NCBI RefSeq assembly: GCF_006345805.1
Contig: NC_043018.1
Location: forward strand, 19,778,001 to 19,842,000
Reading direction: 5' to 3'
From: Octopus sinensis
Lineage: Eukaryota
DNA length: 64,000 nt
Position numbers and translations under genes: made by a program. The notes beneath the pieces were generated by a model. It was not told the DNA's origin and did not search any database. It saw only the letters and a list, made by a program, of their open reading frames with translations. Positions 1 through 13,266 of this stretch are shown here, piece after piece. Position 1 is the first letter of the stretch. Each line of letters starts with the position of its first letter.

Positions 1-61
1 AACAACGACTTCATGGCTTGAAGACACCAAAACAGAAATGGCTAAGAAAGCCCGAATTGGC

Positions 62-144
62 ATCTATAAGGGAAGTAACTCTCTAAAAATGCTTATATAG
101 TTATTTCCCTTACAAACCCGAGCAATGCCGGGCGATACTGCTAG
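62..144 (+). mobile_element. 3' end of a non-autonomous Helitron (same family as 7401-7797)
   Basis: Matches the 3' part of 7401-7797; hairpin CCCGAGC-AAT-GCCGGG followed by the ...GCTAG terminus and then T. Confidence 0.7.
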
Positions 145-1085
145 TACACTACAAACAATCTAAATTTACAATTTAATATTTAACATCCAGTTATATTAGT
201 TTGGTTTGACTATTTTTATCCCCTAGAAATATTTTACAACAAAACTAAATTTATATTCTGACAGAAATAAGCAATTTTCTACAAGGTGTGTTCTCGTCAT
301 CATATAAAATATATTTCGTTAATGTACCGATGCTATGCACTGGCATTGAACGGCAATAAACTTTCAGCTAGTGTCTTAGAATTCAAGAGATATAAAATAA
401 AGTTAAATAAATAAAATAATATGAAATAAAAAAACCGATGGAGGTAGTAGCAGAAGTAAAAAGTTGTTGGTAAATAAAATGATGTATTCAATATTTTAGT
501 ACAGTTAAAAATAGTCCGGTAGGAAAATTAATGTTCTTTCGCTAGAAACGCTGTGCGTTTCAGCTTCTTCTGGTCTATTTATATGTGATTTGTTCTTAGT
601 TTCCTTCTGCTGTTTGCAAGTCTTGTATTACCGATGCCAACATTCCTCATGTGCAGTGACTGTGCCGTCTGCTGAAGCTGTTTACTTGTACAAAGCTAAA
701 CGCTTTCATCTACATCAGACATCATAGAAATAAAATACCGATTCCTTTGGAGTAATGAGTTCTTGCATTGGCATAAAGCCATATTTTTTTGGTGTGTGCA
801 TGTGTGTGTGTGTGTGTGTGAGTCTGTGTGTGTGTGTGTCTGTGTGTGCGTGCATGATGGGGCTGGAGGTGTGGGGGTCAGGCGGAGGTGGATAGTCAGT
901 TAAATCAATCCCTAAATGTTGACAGGTACTTTTTTTTTATTGAATCTAAAATGTGAGGTGGGATGGGGTGAGGTGGTGTTCACCTCTGTGAAATTTGAAC
1001 ACAGAACATAAAACGCTCCTCCTCCTCCTTTCCTCCTCCTCCTCCTCCTCCTCCTCTCCTCCCCTCCCTCCCTCCTCCTCCTCCT

Positions 1086-1640
1086 CATCATCATCATTTT
1101 CAGTGTTTTAAATTCTGCTCTTCCAAGCCTGCACGGGTCAGACAGAATTTGTTGAGGCAAAATTTTCTACAGCTGGATGCTCTTCCTATCACCCACTTTC
1201 AGGAGCAGTATCCGCCCACGGCCTGTCATGCTTACACAGAGGATTGGAAATGAAGAGAACCACCTATATGATGGTGCCACTTGTTTACAACCATCCTACG
1301 ATGTCAAGGCAATGAGATACAAACACGTACATCCATCCACAGACATCCATCTGCATCCCTACATGCATGCATACATACGTACACACACACATATATATAT
1401 ATATACGATGGGCTTCTTTCAGTTTCCGTCTGCCAAATCCATTCACAAGGCTTTGGTTGGCCTGAGGCTACAAGAAGAAGACAGTTGCCCAAGGTTCCAC
1501 ACAACCTGGATGCATTTGCTGTTGCCAACCCTCACCTGTTTCCAAGTAAAGTACTATTTTCTCATGGCCAGACATGTTCTCACAGAATATTGGAAACAAA
1601 CAACACCGCTTGTATGACAGTGACACGCATTTACAACTCT
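1086..1640 (-). mobile_element. composite of RTE-tailed SINE (family C) and tRNA-SINE (family A) fragments
   Basis: TTTTCTACAGCTGGATGCTCTTCC and GATGGGCTTCTTTCAGTTTCCGTC motifs, both recurring many times in the window. Confidence 0.65.
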
Positions 1641-1685
1641 CAGGCAATGTCAAGTTAAAGAAACACACATATATCTATCTATCTA

Positions 1686-1936
1686 TCTGTTTCTTTATTA
1701 CCCACAATGGGCTAAACACAGAGGGAACAAACGGATTAAGTCGATTACATCGACCCCAGTGTGTAACTGGTACTTAATTTATCGACCCCAGTGCGTAACT
1801 GGTACTTAGTTTATCGACGCCGAAAGGATGAAAGGCAAAGTCGACCTCGGCGGAATTTGAACTCAGAACGTAACGGCAGATGAAATACGGCTACGCATTT
1901 CGCCCGGCGTGCAAACGTTTCAGCCAGCTCGCCGCC
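1686..1936 (-). mobile_element. tRNA-derived SINE, family B (octopus OR-like), with a short internal duplication
   Basis: Reverse complement of GGCGAGCTGGC...GAGTTCAAATTCCGCCGAGGTCGACTTTGCCTTTCATCC; B-box present; more than 10 copies in the window. Confidence 0.85.
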
Positions 1937-2295
1937 TATCTATCTATCTATCTGTCTATCTATCTATCTATATATATATATATACACACACACACATGCA
2001 CACATGCGTGATGGGCTTCTTTCAGTTTGTATATATACATTTGTATTTCGGTTTTGTGCATTTCTTTAGATGCATGACTTTATTCAAGTTTTCTCTTTTA
2101 AATTTTCAATTTCAGATTTTTTGTATCTTCCCAGTTTTCCTCACGGTTGGTTTGGAACAATGAAATTCCTAAATTCGCATTCAGCATTCCTGGAAATTCA
2201 CAATTTCATTTTCAAGAATGAAAACACACACACACACACATTTTTTTGTTTCCGTATGTACTTGTATGTCTATGTATGTATGTGTCTGTCTGTCT

Positions 2296-2322
2296 GACTA
2301 TCTATCTATCTATCTATTATCT

Positions 2323-2363
<41 letters not shown>

Positions 2364-2545
2364 TTATCTATCTATCTATCTACCTACCTATCTATCTATC
2401 TACCTATTTATCTATCTATCTATCTATCTATCTAGCTATCTTATCTATCTATCTATCTTATCTCATCTATCTATCTACTGTCTATCTAACTCATCTATCT
2501 CTGTCTACTATCTATCCATCCATCCATCCATCCATCCATCTATCT
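2296..2545. repeat. (TCTA)n/(TCCA)n microsatellite
   Basis: Direct reading. Confidence 0.95.
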
Positions 2546-3184
2546 TTATCTGTTTCTCTCTCTCTCTCTTTGTGTGTCTCTCTTTGTCTCTGTCTGTCTG
2601 TCTGTCTCTCTCTCTCTCCACACACACACCTCTGTGTGTGTATGTATTTATGTTCTTATGCATGTATATTTAATATCATCATCATCATCGTTTTATTTCT
2701 GCGTTCCCATGCTGGCATAGAATGGATGAGTTGTCACTGTTGCAGTCAATTTTTGGTAAAAATGTAACATGAGAATAGATGCATGATATTTCCAGTACAT
2801 TTCTTAGATTACCATTCTTCTGAATGTTTCGTTTTTTTTTTTTTTTTATTTGTCAAAATTAGCTTAAAAATCAATCCTGCCTATAAATATATGCTGAATT
2901 ATCATGTTTACACTTTTAGAACGCAGTTCATAAATAAATAACCAAACAAACAAACAAACAAACAAGCAAATGTGTGTTTGTGTGTGTATGTGTGAATGTA
3001 TGAGTGTGTGTGTGTGTGTGTGTGTTTGTGAGTGTGTGTGTGTGTGTGTGTTTGTGAGTGTGTGTGTGTGTGTGAGTGTGTGTGTGTGTGTTTTCGTGCA
3101 GAAATGTAAAGTTCTATGAACACACCTATGTTAGATGTATGTAGAGTCTGTTATAATTGTGTATTTGTAAACTGTGAAAGTGCA

Positions 3185-3490
3185 TGGCGTCAGGCTCACA
3201 ATCATGATGTTGTGAGTTCAATTGCCAGGCTAGGCTATGTGTTGTGTTCTTGAGCAAGATACTTTATTTCACGTTGCTCCAGTTCACTCATCTGTAGAAA
3301 TGAGTTACTACGTCACTGGTGCCAACCTGCATTGGCCCCTTTGCCTTTCCCTGGCATAACATTGGTGGCATGGAGAGGGGAGGCTGTTATGCATGGGTGA
3401 CTGCTGGTCTTCCATAAACAACTTTGCCCAGACTTGTGCCTTGAAGGGGAACTTTTTAGGTGCAATCCCATGGTCATTCATGATCGAAGG
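3185..3490 (+). mobile_element. SINE family E (tRNA-like head with a CORE/V-like central domain)
   Basis: GAGTTCAATTGCC B-box; TTGAGCAAGATACTTTATTTCACGTTGCTCCAGTTCACTCA; related copies near 40250-40430 and 60290-60600. Confidence 0.55.
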
Positions 3491-3505
3491 GAATCTTTAC
3501 TACAG

Positions 3506-3661
3506 GCATGGCTGTGTGGTAAGTAGCTTGCTTACCAACCACATGGTTCTGGGTTCCATCCCACTGCATGGCATCTTGGGCAAGTGTCTTCTACTATAGC
3601 CTCGGGCCGACCAAAGCCTTGTGTGTGAATTTGGTAGTCAGAAACTGAAAAAAGCCTGTCG

Positions 3662-3694
<33 letters not shown>

Positions 3695-3740
3695 GAGTGT
3701 GTTTGTGTCTCTGTGTTTCCCCCCTGGTTTCTGTGACACA
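3506..3740 (+). mobile_element. tRNA-derived SINE, family A (5' half)
   Basis: GGCTGTGTGGTAAGTAGC A-box region, GGGTTCCATCCC B-box, then the family body shared with 52009-52413. Confidence 0.85.
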
Positions 3741-4586
3741 TTTATTCCCACTTCCTCGTCCCCGGACTGGACATTGGTCTTTCACAGGACTGCTCATTTT
3801 TGCCAGAGCATATAATTCATGAAAAAATAATGTGCAAAGATATCATTGACTCTGTTATTATCTAGTGTAACAATTTAAAAATGATAGTAACAGAATTGAT
3901 ATTATAGGCAATTGCAGGCCTGCAAAGAGCATTAAATAGGGGAAGGATTAAAATTAATCAAAGGACATACTAAGTATGTCTACCTGCTGGAAATAATTGT
4001 CAATACTTTTATTTAAATTGCAATACTTTTATTTAAATACACTAATAATAACTACAGAAATCAACCGTTCAAAGGCGTACGAGCCAAGACAATCTCTCAG
4101 CATTCATTCAAGTATTTGGACTCACGTGAACTGGTGTTTCTTCATATTTAATAAATTTAAGTATTAACAAAAGTAGGAGATTACCTGCTGGTAATTTTGG
4201 TTACATCCTTTAAGTATTATTTCGTGATGTGCAAACTGATACAATGAGTTTACTTTCAGATATATGCATTGGGTTATTTTTTTGTATTATCTGAAATAGA
4301 ATACTCGCATATCAATTAATCTCCCAAAATTGAATTAATATCGACTTTTATCAGATACTTTGTATATTTATAGATATATATATATAAATGTATGATAAAG
4401 AAAACCCCAAGGTACGATATGTAGATGCATATGATGCTGAAGGGTTGTACCTGATTGATTTGGAAATTTGTTTTCCCAAATTATTTATATTATATGCATG
4501 TATATATATATATATATATATACACATGTATGTATGTTGTATATATATGTATGTGTATATATATATATATATATTATATATATATA

Positions 4587-4626
<40 letters not shown>

Positions 4627-4750
4627 ATATATGTATGTATGTGTATATGTGTATATATGTATATATAAATATACACATGTATACATATATATATACACAC
4701 ACACACACACACATATATTTACATATATATACACACACACATATATATAT

Positions 4751-4910
4751 GTGGAGTGGTTGGCATTAGAAAGGGCATCCAGCTGTAGAAACACTGCCAG
4801 ATCAGACTGGAGCCTGGTGCAGCCCCTGGCTTCCCAGACCCCGGTCGAACCGTCCAACCCGTGCTAGCGCGAAAAACGGACGTTAAACGATGATGATGAT
4901 GATGATGATA
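4751..4910 (+). mobile_element. SINE family C, RTE-like 3' tail ending in (GAT)n
   Basis: GGAGTGGTTGGCATTAGAAAGGGCATCCAGC...GTTAAACGATGATG. Confidence 0.85.
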
Positions 4911-4928
4911 AAGATGATGTATATATAT

Positions 4929-4971
<43 letters not shown>

Positions 4972-5006
4972 CATCAAAATAAGCCAACAAGCATATCCAG
5001 AGGTAA

Positions 5007-5093
5007 TGCAGTACGATCGTTTCATGCAACTCCACTTAATTGAACAATCCAATCATTACATCAATTTAAAGTGCAGAGCAATCTTCAGCTGCA
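5007..5093 (-). ncRNA. type I hammerhead ribozyme motif (Penelope/retrozyme-like)
   Basis: Minus-strand RNA: UGCAG-CUGAAGA-[stem II UGC:GCA, long loop]-GAAA-CGAUCGU-A-CUGCA; 5-bp stem I, palindromic stem III, GUA site. Confidence 0.7.
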
Positions 5094-5707
5094 CAAAGAC
5101 ATAGAATTTAATCAAATTAGAACAGATGGACATACTAGTATAATTATACCTAAAATCTCCAAGAAATTAAGGAGATAGACAAAGAACATGCTGTCCCAAC
5201 TCCAGTTTAGAAGTTAACTAAATTTTTCAAGAAGATATACATTGTTACAGACTCTGCCTGTCACTGATTTTTTGCTTTTATGGGGACAGTTTCAATTTAT
5301 AGACTAGTTTATCAAATCACTTGTATATCTAAGGCTGAGAGAACAGAGAGGAGTATCTGTTTGGGGCAGGGCTAAGGGAGCAGACAGACATCATAGTTGG
5401 TATAGTCATAAAAATCAAGATTTATTAGAAGCAATATCATGAGGTTTGATAAACTTAAAACAAGATGTTAGCTGACAATTAAGGGGGGCACCCACTAGCA
5501 GACCATTGATAATGAAACAGGGGAAGTCTTATCATGTAGTACTATAGTTAAATATTTTAAACAATGTTGCTATATTGTATACTGTATAAACAAATAAACC
5601 ATATAGTGTTTGGTTTCTTTAAATATATGATTTTGTGATAATGTATAACCGTATAAATTTGTGTCTGTATTTGTGTGTATGTGTATATATGTATACAACT
5701 CGGTGTG

Positions 5708-5743
<36 letters not shown>

Positions 5744-6518
5744 GTGTGTGTTTGTGTGCATGTGTAGATGTATTTAGGTATGTCTTATGTATGTGTATAT
5801 GTAAGTATGTTTGTGTGTGTATATATATATATATATCTATCAATGCACATACAGCCACTCAGTAATTTTAATAGTTTCCCTCCTCCACCCACATGCTGGG
5901 AACACTCATGTGTATTACATATATACACACATGTACATGCATGTGTATATACATATACATGCGTATATACATGTATTGTAAATCTAAAACTATTGCATGA
6001 AACATGTTCACGTTTCATTATTTCTCTTGTTCAGATTCCTCATAAAAAAATCTTTGGTTTGTTTTGAGATATGGAATATCAAATTGCAGGAAATATTAAT
6101 AGACCAACATGGTAGAAACGCCAGATCATGTTTGGGCTGTTCCTATTTTGAGAGATGGCTGTGTGTCTGTGTGTGTATGTGTGTGAGGGTATCTACAGAC
6201 ACACAGACACATATGCACACACTCTCTGCTATCTCACATGCATTCACACACACACACATCAACAACATGTAGGCACACTTTTGAAATGTACCATCATCAG
6301 CATCATCATCATCATCATGGTTTTAACGTCCACTTTTCCATGCTTGCATGGGTTGGACAGTGTTTATTGAGGCAGGTTTTCTACAGCTGGATGCCCCCTT
6401 CATGTGGCCTGGCATATTTTCATGGCAGACTGGAACAAAGTTTGCTACTGGTATGACAGTGACATCCGTTTACATCTATCATGTGATATCAAGACAAAGA
6501 TACACAGGCACACACACA

Positions 6519-6552
<34 letters not shown>

Positions 6553-6811
6553 TGATGGTCTTCTTCCAGTTTCTGTACACCAAATCCACTCACACACTCA
6601 CAAGGTGTTGGTCAACCTGAGGCTATTGTAGAATGCACTTACCCAAGGTGCTTTGCAGTAGGACTGAACCCAGAACCACGCAGTTGGAAAGCGGACTTCT
6701 GAACCACAACCATGCTCACACCTATAAAATGCCTCTGTGTGTGCATGTGCGCATGTGTGCATGTGTGTGTGTGAGTGCGTTTATGTATATGTATGTATGT
6801 GTATGTATATA

Positions 6812-7045
6812 TCTATTTCTTTACTACCCACAAGGGGCTAAACATAGGGGACAAACAAGGACAGACAAATGGATTAAGTCGATTACATCGACTCTAGTGC
6901 ATAACTGGTACTTAATTTATCGACCCCGAAAGGATGAAAGGTAAATTCGACCTTGGCGGAATTTGAACTCAGAACGTAACGGCAGACGAAACACTACAAG
7001 ACATTTGACCTAGCGTGCTAATGTTTCTGCCAGCTTGCCGCCTTC
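6812..7045 (-). mobile_element. SINE family B
   Basis: Full-length match to the other family B copies. Confidence 0.85.
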
Positions 7046-7400
7046 ACTTGTATGTATATATGATCATCATCATCCAGTGTTTTTACTCCAGGTTTTGTCC
7101 CCGTTAATGGGGGTGGCTGAATCTACCTCAATACCATAGCAACCGAGGTAGGCAGGTCCATCCCACCCCATCCTTTGGGCTGGCTGGTGCCCATTCTCCC
7201 TTGCTATCATGGGGCTTTATTTGGAGCTGGATTTTCTATGGGAAGCATGCCCTTGTTTACTCCCAACCTCAGTTTCTAGACATGAGTGATCCCAAGACCA
7301 AGGCCTCTACCACGATTTTTAAGAAATGTGATGGGAAACTAGCTCAGGAAGGCAGGGACGCTACTCCCTGAGGCCCTTTTCAGAGCCCCCCCCTACCTAA

Positions 7401-7797
7401 TCTTTATATATAAAAGTGAGGTTGTGTGTTGTCTGTCTCCTACGATTTAGATTCCTAACTACTCCCACATTTTGCCGTGCAGTTTAACCAAAACCGAGTA
7501 TCTTATAGTCGTGATTCATATCGAGCCCTTCTGGGTATTAGCGCATGTCTATGAAGAGTCTATGATTTAAAAAAAAATTACCATCAATTTTTCCCATTTT
7601 TAATGCGTTTTTGGCATATATAAGGGAAGTAACTCTCTAAAAATTTATTATTAAATCTCAGAACGTAAAAAGCTACAGTAACATCCCCCCCCTTTGTGGT
7701 TAGCCATATTGAGATGGCTATTATACTTTACATCTCTAAAAATGCTTATATAGTTATTTCCCTTACAAACCCGAGCAATGCCGGGCGATACTGCTAG
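7401..7797 (+). mobile_element. complete non-autonomous Helitron
   Basis: 5' TC(TTTATATATAAAA); 3' hairpin CCCGAGCAATGCCGGG about 12 nt before the CTAG end; inserted between A7400 and T7798. Confidence 0.8.
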
Positions 7798-7827
7798 TCT
7801 ACAAATAAGACTAAAACATATATATAT

Positions 7828-8020
7828 GCTTTATTATTATTACAGCTGCAAAAACATCACAAAAATATCACAAAAAACTGTTACTCAGAGTTTCACGTTC
7901 CTGTTCAGCAGACAGTTTAGATTGAGAATCTCAATCCAAAGTGTCCAATGAATGGGAACGTGAAACTCTGAGTAGCAGTTTTTTGTGATGTTTCTGCAGC
8001 TTTAATAATAATAATAAAGC
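7828..8020. mobile_element. foldback MITE-like palindrome (about 190 bp)
   Basis: Arms GCTTTATTATTATT..GCTGCA..AACATCAC..CTCAGAGTTTCACGTTCC and its reverse complement; inner hairpin GATTGAG-AAT-CTCAATC. Confidence 0.75.
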
Positions 8021-8131
8021 ATATTACTCTACCTCTGGTATTCGAGTACTATTTTCTCCCACCTTGTTTCACATTTATGCGCTTACTCTGATATGCAGGA
8101 CGCTGGGAGAACAATGCCTGTCATCACCACA

Positions 8132-8368
8132 GATGGAGGAAGCGAGCTGGCAGAAACGTTAGCACGCCGGGCGAAATGCTTAGCGGTATTTCGTCTGTGT
8201 TACGTTGTGAGTTCAAATTCCGCCGAGGTCGACTTTGCCTTTCATCCTTTCGGGGTCGATAAATTAAGTACCAGTTACGCACTGGGGTCGATGTAATCGA
8301 CTTAATACCTATGTCTGTCCTTGTTTGTCCCCTCTGTGTTTAGCCCCTTGTGGGTAATAAAGAAATAG
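8132..8368 (+). mobile_element. SINE family B
   Basis: GCGAGCTGGCAGAAACGTTAGCACGCCGGGCGAAATG... full body. Confidence 0.85.
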
Positions 8369-8625
8369 GTTAAGGAGGGGATTGACACTTTTGAGAGAGC
8401 ACATATCCAGCATGAAGAACTTAAGCGAGCTGCGCGAAAGCGCACGGCTCATATAGTGAATGGGGAAAGCTTGGTCTGCAATGTTTGCAGTCGTGTATTC
8501 TTGTCAAGAGCAGGGCTCATTAGCCACCAACGGAGCTGCAAATGCAAAATATAAGTTAATCCTAGAGCGCACAATGTTCCTGAAGGTCGGCAATGGTCTT
8601 CCTTGGTCACGAGTGGACGGCCATC
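8369..8625 (+). mobile_element. RTE-clade LINE 3' end with C-terminal zinc finger
   Basis: Translates VKEGIDTFERAHIQHEELKRAARK...LVCNVCSRVFLSRAGLISHQRSCKCKI*, followed by a short 3' UTR. Confidence 0.8.
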
Positions 8626-8729
8626 ATGTTAAATGATGATGATGCTGATGTTTATATATTTATGTGTGTGTATATGTGTATTGATATATTGATGGATATT
8701 TGCATATGATTATCATCATTATAGATTGT

Positions 8730-8990
8730 CATGCTTGTGTGGGTTGGACATGTTCTTCTGTAGCACAGCACCTCATTCTTAGTTGCAACTCTTTGCCCTC
8801 TATTTCATTCATTCCATCTTCTCGATATCCTCTTTCACTACTTTATTCCGACCCGTTCCTTAGCCTGTCTCTTCCCCATGTTCCTTCCACTTGGATCTCT
8901 TGGCTTGTCTTTACCCAACTTCCATCTTCTGTACACTCCACACATCCTGTGCCACCACCCTGGCACAGCCATACTGCTATCTAATGTATT
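8730..8990 (-). mobile_element. degenerate RTE LINE 3' fragment
   Basis: Minus strand is purine-rich, resembling the RTE C-terminal region, and ends ...AAGAACATGTCCAACCCACACAAGCATG like the family C tail. Confidence 0.5.
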
Positions 8991-9479
8991 GTCTCTTCTT
9001 ATTGCCAACTACAGAGTAAAAAATGGTGCTTTTTTTTGTGGCACCTTGGTTTTAGGATCTCAGTTCCCTTGTGATGGGTGGGTCTTTTCGGGTACAGCAA
9101 TGTCCCTCATAACACAGTTTTCTGTCATCATCTTCTTTGTAAAGTTCAGTATTTTGAGATCGGCCTAAATAGGGACCTAAAATAATTTTAAAAGAATGTG
9201 ATATAATTCTAGCGAGTTTTTTCTGCCTGCGAGGGTCGGCTGTAGTTTTTATAAATCGTTGAGATATAAAGTAACATTGGAAAGTTTTTCTACTTCTATG
9301 ATAAATCCTGTCCTGGTTTTCCTTGTACAAGAAACGGTGAAGTGTCTTCTGCAAACTATAAACAATCTCTTCAAACTCGCGTGTTTATTATAGAGGAATT
9401 ATGTTGTTATCGATTTCACAGACAAATTAATATAAATAAACAGCAGATGATGTATATAGAGATATATGTATGTCTGTGT

Positions 9480-9727
9480 CTGAGAACATATATATATGTA
9501 TACACACACACACACACACAGACACACACACACATGTACATATATGTATGCATATTTATGTATATATGTATATATGCATTTATATACATATATATACATA
9601 TAAATATATGTGTTGTGTATATATATATATATGTGTGTGTGGGTGTGTGTGTATAAGTATGCATATATAAATATATATAATGAAACAACATATTAATGTA
9701 AGTATGTATGTATATATATATATATAT

Positions 9728-9766
<39 letters not shown>

Positions 9767-10118
9767 TATGTATATATATAAATAATATATATGAACATGT
9801 TCATGTATAAGTATGTGTGTATGTGTTTGTTTGTATATATATATATATATACACACCTATATGTATATTATTATATATATGTATATATAGATATATAACA
9901 CATCTATAATAATATATATATGAACATATTTATGTATAATAGTGTGTGCATATATATAGATATATATATATATATATATGTATGTATATATATATATATG
10001 TATGTATAATATATATATGTATATATATATATATGTATAATATATATATGTATGTATATATATATATATGTATATAATATATAATATATATATGTATATA
10101 TATATATATATATATATG

Positions 10119-10163
<45 letters not shown>

Positions 10164-10271
10164 GTATATATATATAATGTATGTATATATATATATATGT
10201 ATGTATATATATATATATATGTATATATTATATAATATATATAATGTATATCTATATATATGTATGTATAA

Positions 10272-10317
<46 letters not shown>

Positions 10318-10596
10318 TACTTATTCATATATAAATGAGTGTGCATTTTATGTATATCTGTGTCAATCTCTAGGTGTGTGTGTGTGTGTTTGTATATGAA
10401 CGTGTGCGTGTATGAAATGTGTTTCATTGCAATAGAATGTGCACGAAACCTTGCAATCATTGCGTGTGTGTGTGTGTGTGTGTTAGGGAGAGGGGAAAAT
10501 GTGACAGTGACTCTCATGAGCTAGACGGTGTATGTTTGGATATGTTTATATATGTTTGAATATATGTGAATGTAACTATATATATGCAAGGAATTA

Positions 10597-10628
<32 letters not shown>

Positions 10629-11412
10629 GGCAATTATGTAGATGTGTGCATGTAGATTACGTATGTGTTTGTATACATTTTTGTATATATTTGTGTGTGT
10701 GTGTGTGCATGTGTGTGTGTGTGTGTATATATATATGAATGTTTGTAAATATGTGTATTGGTGTACATGTGTGTGTATGTTTGGGTGTGCATATGTATAT
10801 ATGTGTGTGCATGTATGTATGTATGTATATATATATGAGTATGGCGTGTGTGTGTGTATGGGTGTGTGTATGTATATATATATATATGAATATGTTTGTA
10901 AATATGCGTATAGGTGTACATATGTATATATGTGTGTGCATGTATGTATGTATGTATGTATATATATATATGAGTATGGTGTGTATATGGTTGTGTGTGT
11001 GTGTGTATGGGTGTGTGCTTAAGAGGAATTGATTTCTTTGAGAGCAAGTAGAACCGTAAATGTGTGTCAGAACAGCATAAAAGTAAAATGTTTGTTTGAT
11101 ATGTAGAGAATGGTTGAGAACGGTAATATTTGTGAAGACGGAACCAGCTTTAGAACTCTCACAATATTCACACTAAATACTAAACACAAGAGAAACAAAT
11201 AGGCTCTTTTTTATATATATTCTCTCTCTCTCTCTCTTCCTGTCTCTCCCTCTCTTCTCTTCTTTCTCTCTCTCTCTTCCTGTCTTTCTCTCTCTCTCCT
11301 TTTATGATCATCACATGGAAAATATGTTTGTGTATAAATGTGTGTGGATGTGTTTGTATATGTGCGTGGATATAACATAATACACACATTCACACATTAG
11401 TATCTCTATTCT

Positions 11413-11457
<45 letters not shown>

Positions 11458-11767
11458 TGTATATATATGCACACACACACACATTATATAAATATCTATG
11501 TACATATTATTGTGGTGTGTCTGTATGTACGTACATATATATACTTATATATATAATATATATATGATCACATTATATATATATATATATATATATAATG
11601 TGTACACTTATATGTTATATTTATATACATATAAATACATATACATACACATATAAATTGATATATATATATATATATATTATATATATAGTATATATAT
11701 GTATTGTATTATGTGTATATGGTATATGTTATTTATATATATCTATATATATATATAAATATATACT

Positions 11768-11827
<60 letters not shown>

Positions 11828-11853
11828 ATGTTTATATGTATATATATGTGTGA

Positions 11854-11900
<47 letters not shown>

Positions 11901-11948
11901 TATACTATATATATATATATACACACATTGATTTTATAAATATATTAA

Positions 11949-12027
<79 letters not shown>

Positions 12028-12040
12028 TATATATGTATTA

Positions 12041-12076
<36 letters not shown>

Positions 12077-12090
12077 TGGTATGTATGTAT
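9480..12090. repeat. about 2.6 kb compound (TA)n/(TG)n/(GA)n microsatellite field
   Basis: Direct reading; includes an approximately 150-bp higher-order duplication at about 10720-11020. Confidence 0.95.
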
Positions 12091-12534
12091 ATGATAACGA
12101 AAAGAGCGCAGACATACTGAGTGCGAAGGGGTGAGGGAAAGTGCAGAAAGTAACCATCTCCTATTTTTGCCTGTAAGTATCTTTCCAAATTTTTGTTTTT
12201 TTTGTCCTATTGTCTGAAAATCATAAATTCAGTCCTCAGCGTATGGCAAGTGAAGTTGGTACGAAAGACGAGGTCATTAGATCTAGCAGTTGACAAATTT
12301 ATGACTGAATTTGCACCAACGTACAATGCAGAGCTGACGGTTGCCACTAACAAAAGTATATCACATCTACAGGCTTCATAATCCAGCCTGCCTCAGTCTG
12401 TCTGGCTGACGAACCAGTTTCATGTCGTATATTTATGGAGGAAAGCATCATGAAACTCAATTGATATGAAACATGGAACCATCATAATCTCCATCATCAT
12501 TATTCAAAATTTTTCATCACTCGTTAGGGTTATC

Positions 12535-12953
12535 TCTTTTACTCTTTTACTTGTTTCAGTAATTTGACTGTGGCCATGCTGGAGCACTGCCTTTAGTCGA
12601 TCGAGCATATCGACCCCAGGACTTATTCTTTGTAAGCTTAGTACTTATTCTATCGGTCTCTTTTGCCGAACCGCTAAGTTACGGGGATGTAAACACACCA
12701 CCATCGGTTGTCCACTCGGTGTCAAAGCATATACACCACGATACATATTATCATATATATATTATATAATAATATATATATATATAGACGATGGGCTTCT
12801 TTCAGTTTCTGACCACCAAATCCACTCACAAGGCTTTGGTCGGCCCGAGGCTATAGTAGAAGACACTTGCCCAAGGTGCCACGCAGTGGGACTGAACCCG
12901 GAACCAGGTGGTTGGTTAGCAAGCTACTTACCACACAGCCACTCCTGTGCCTA
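12535..12953 (-). mobile_element. full-length SINE family A
   Basis: Reverse complement of the 52009-52413 type, from the head to the TTTTACTCTTTTACTTGTTTC tail. Confidence 0.9.
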
Positions 12954-13266
12954 TGTATGTATATGTATACATTTTTTTTTTTACTTCTTCATTGCTTGTT
13001 TTAAATATACATGACCATCATACAAGCAGTGATTTTTGGTTGCAATCTCCCTTGAAAACATGCAGGGACTAGGAGAAAATATTCGAAATATCACCTTGCT
13101 GGGAAACAGATGAGGGTTAGCAATGGGAAGAGCATGCAGCTACAGGAAAACAAATCTCATCTGAATCATGCAAGCATGGGAAAGAGATGACGATGATGAG
13201 GAGGATGAAGACAATGTTAAAAAGATGATAATAATGATGATGATGATGATGATATTACTTTTTCAG

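Noticed and set aside
4185-4235. Minus-strand 51-nt exon candidate FAHHEIILKGCNQNYQQ
   Set aside because: The donor motif ACCTGCTGG also occurs about 190 bp upstream and looks repeat-derived; the acceptor is weak.
9399-12094. Many 60-150-aa YI/CV/HT-rich ORFs
   Set aside because: Products of (TA)n/(TG)n microsatellites, as are similar ORFs throughout the track.
12405-12480. CTGACGA ... GAAAC with a GTTTCATG/CATGAAAC hairpin
   Set aside because: The GAAA is not adjacent to the stem, and stems I and III cannot be formed convincingly; not called a hammerhead.
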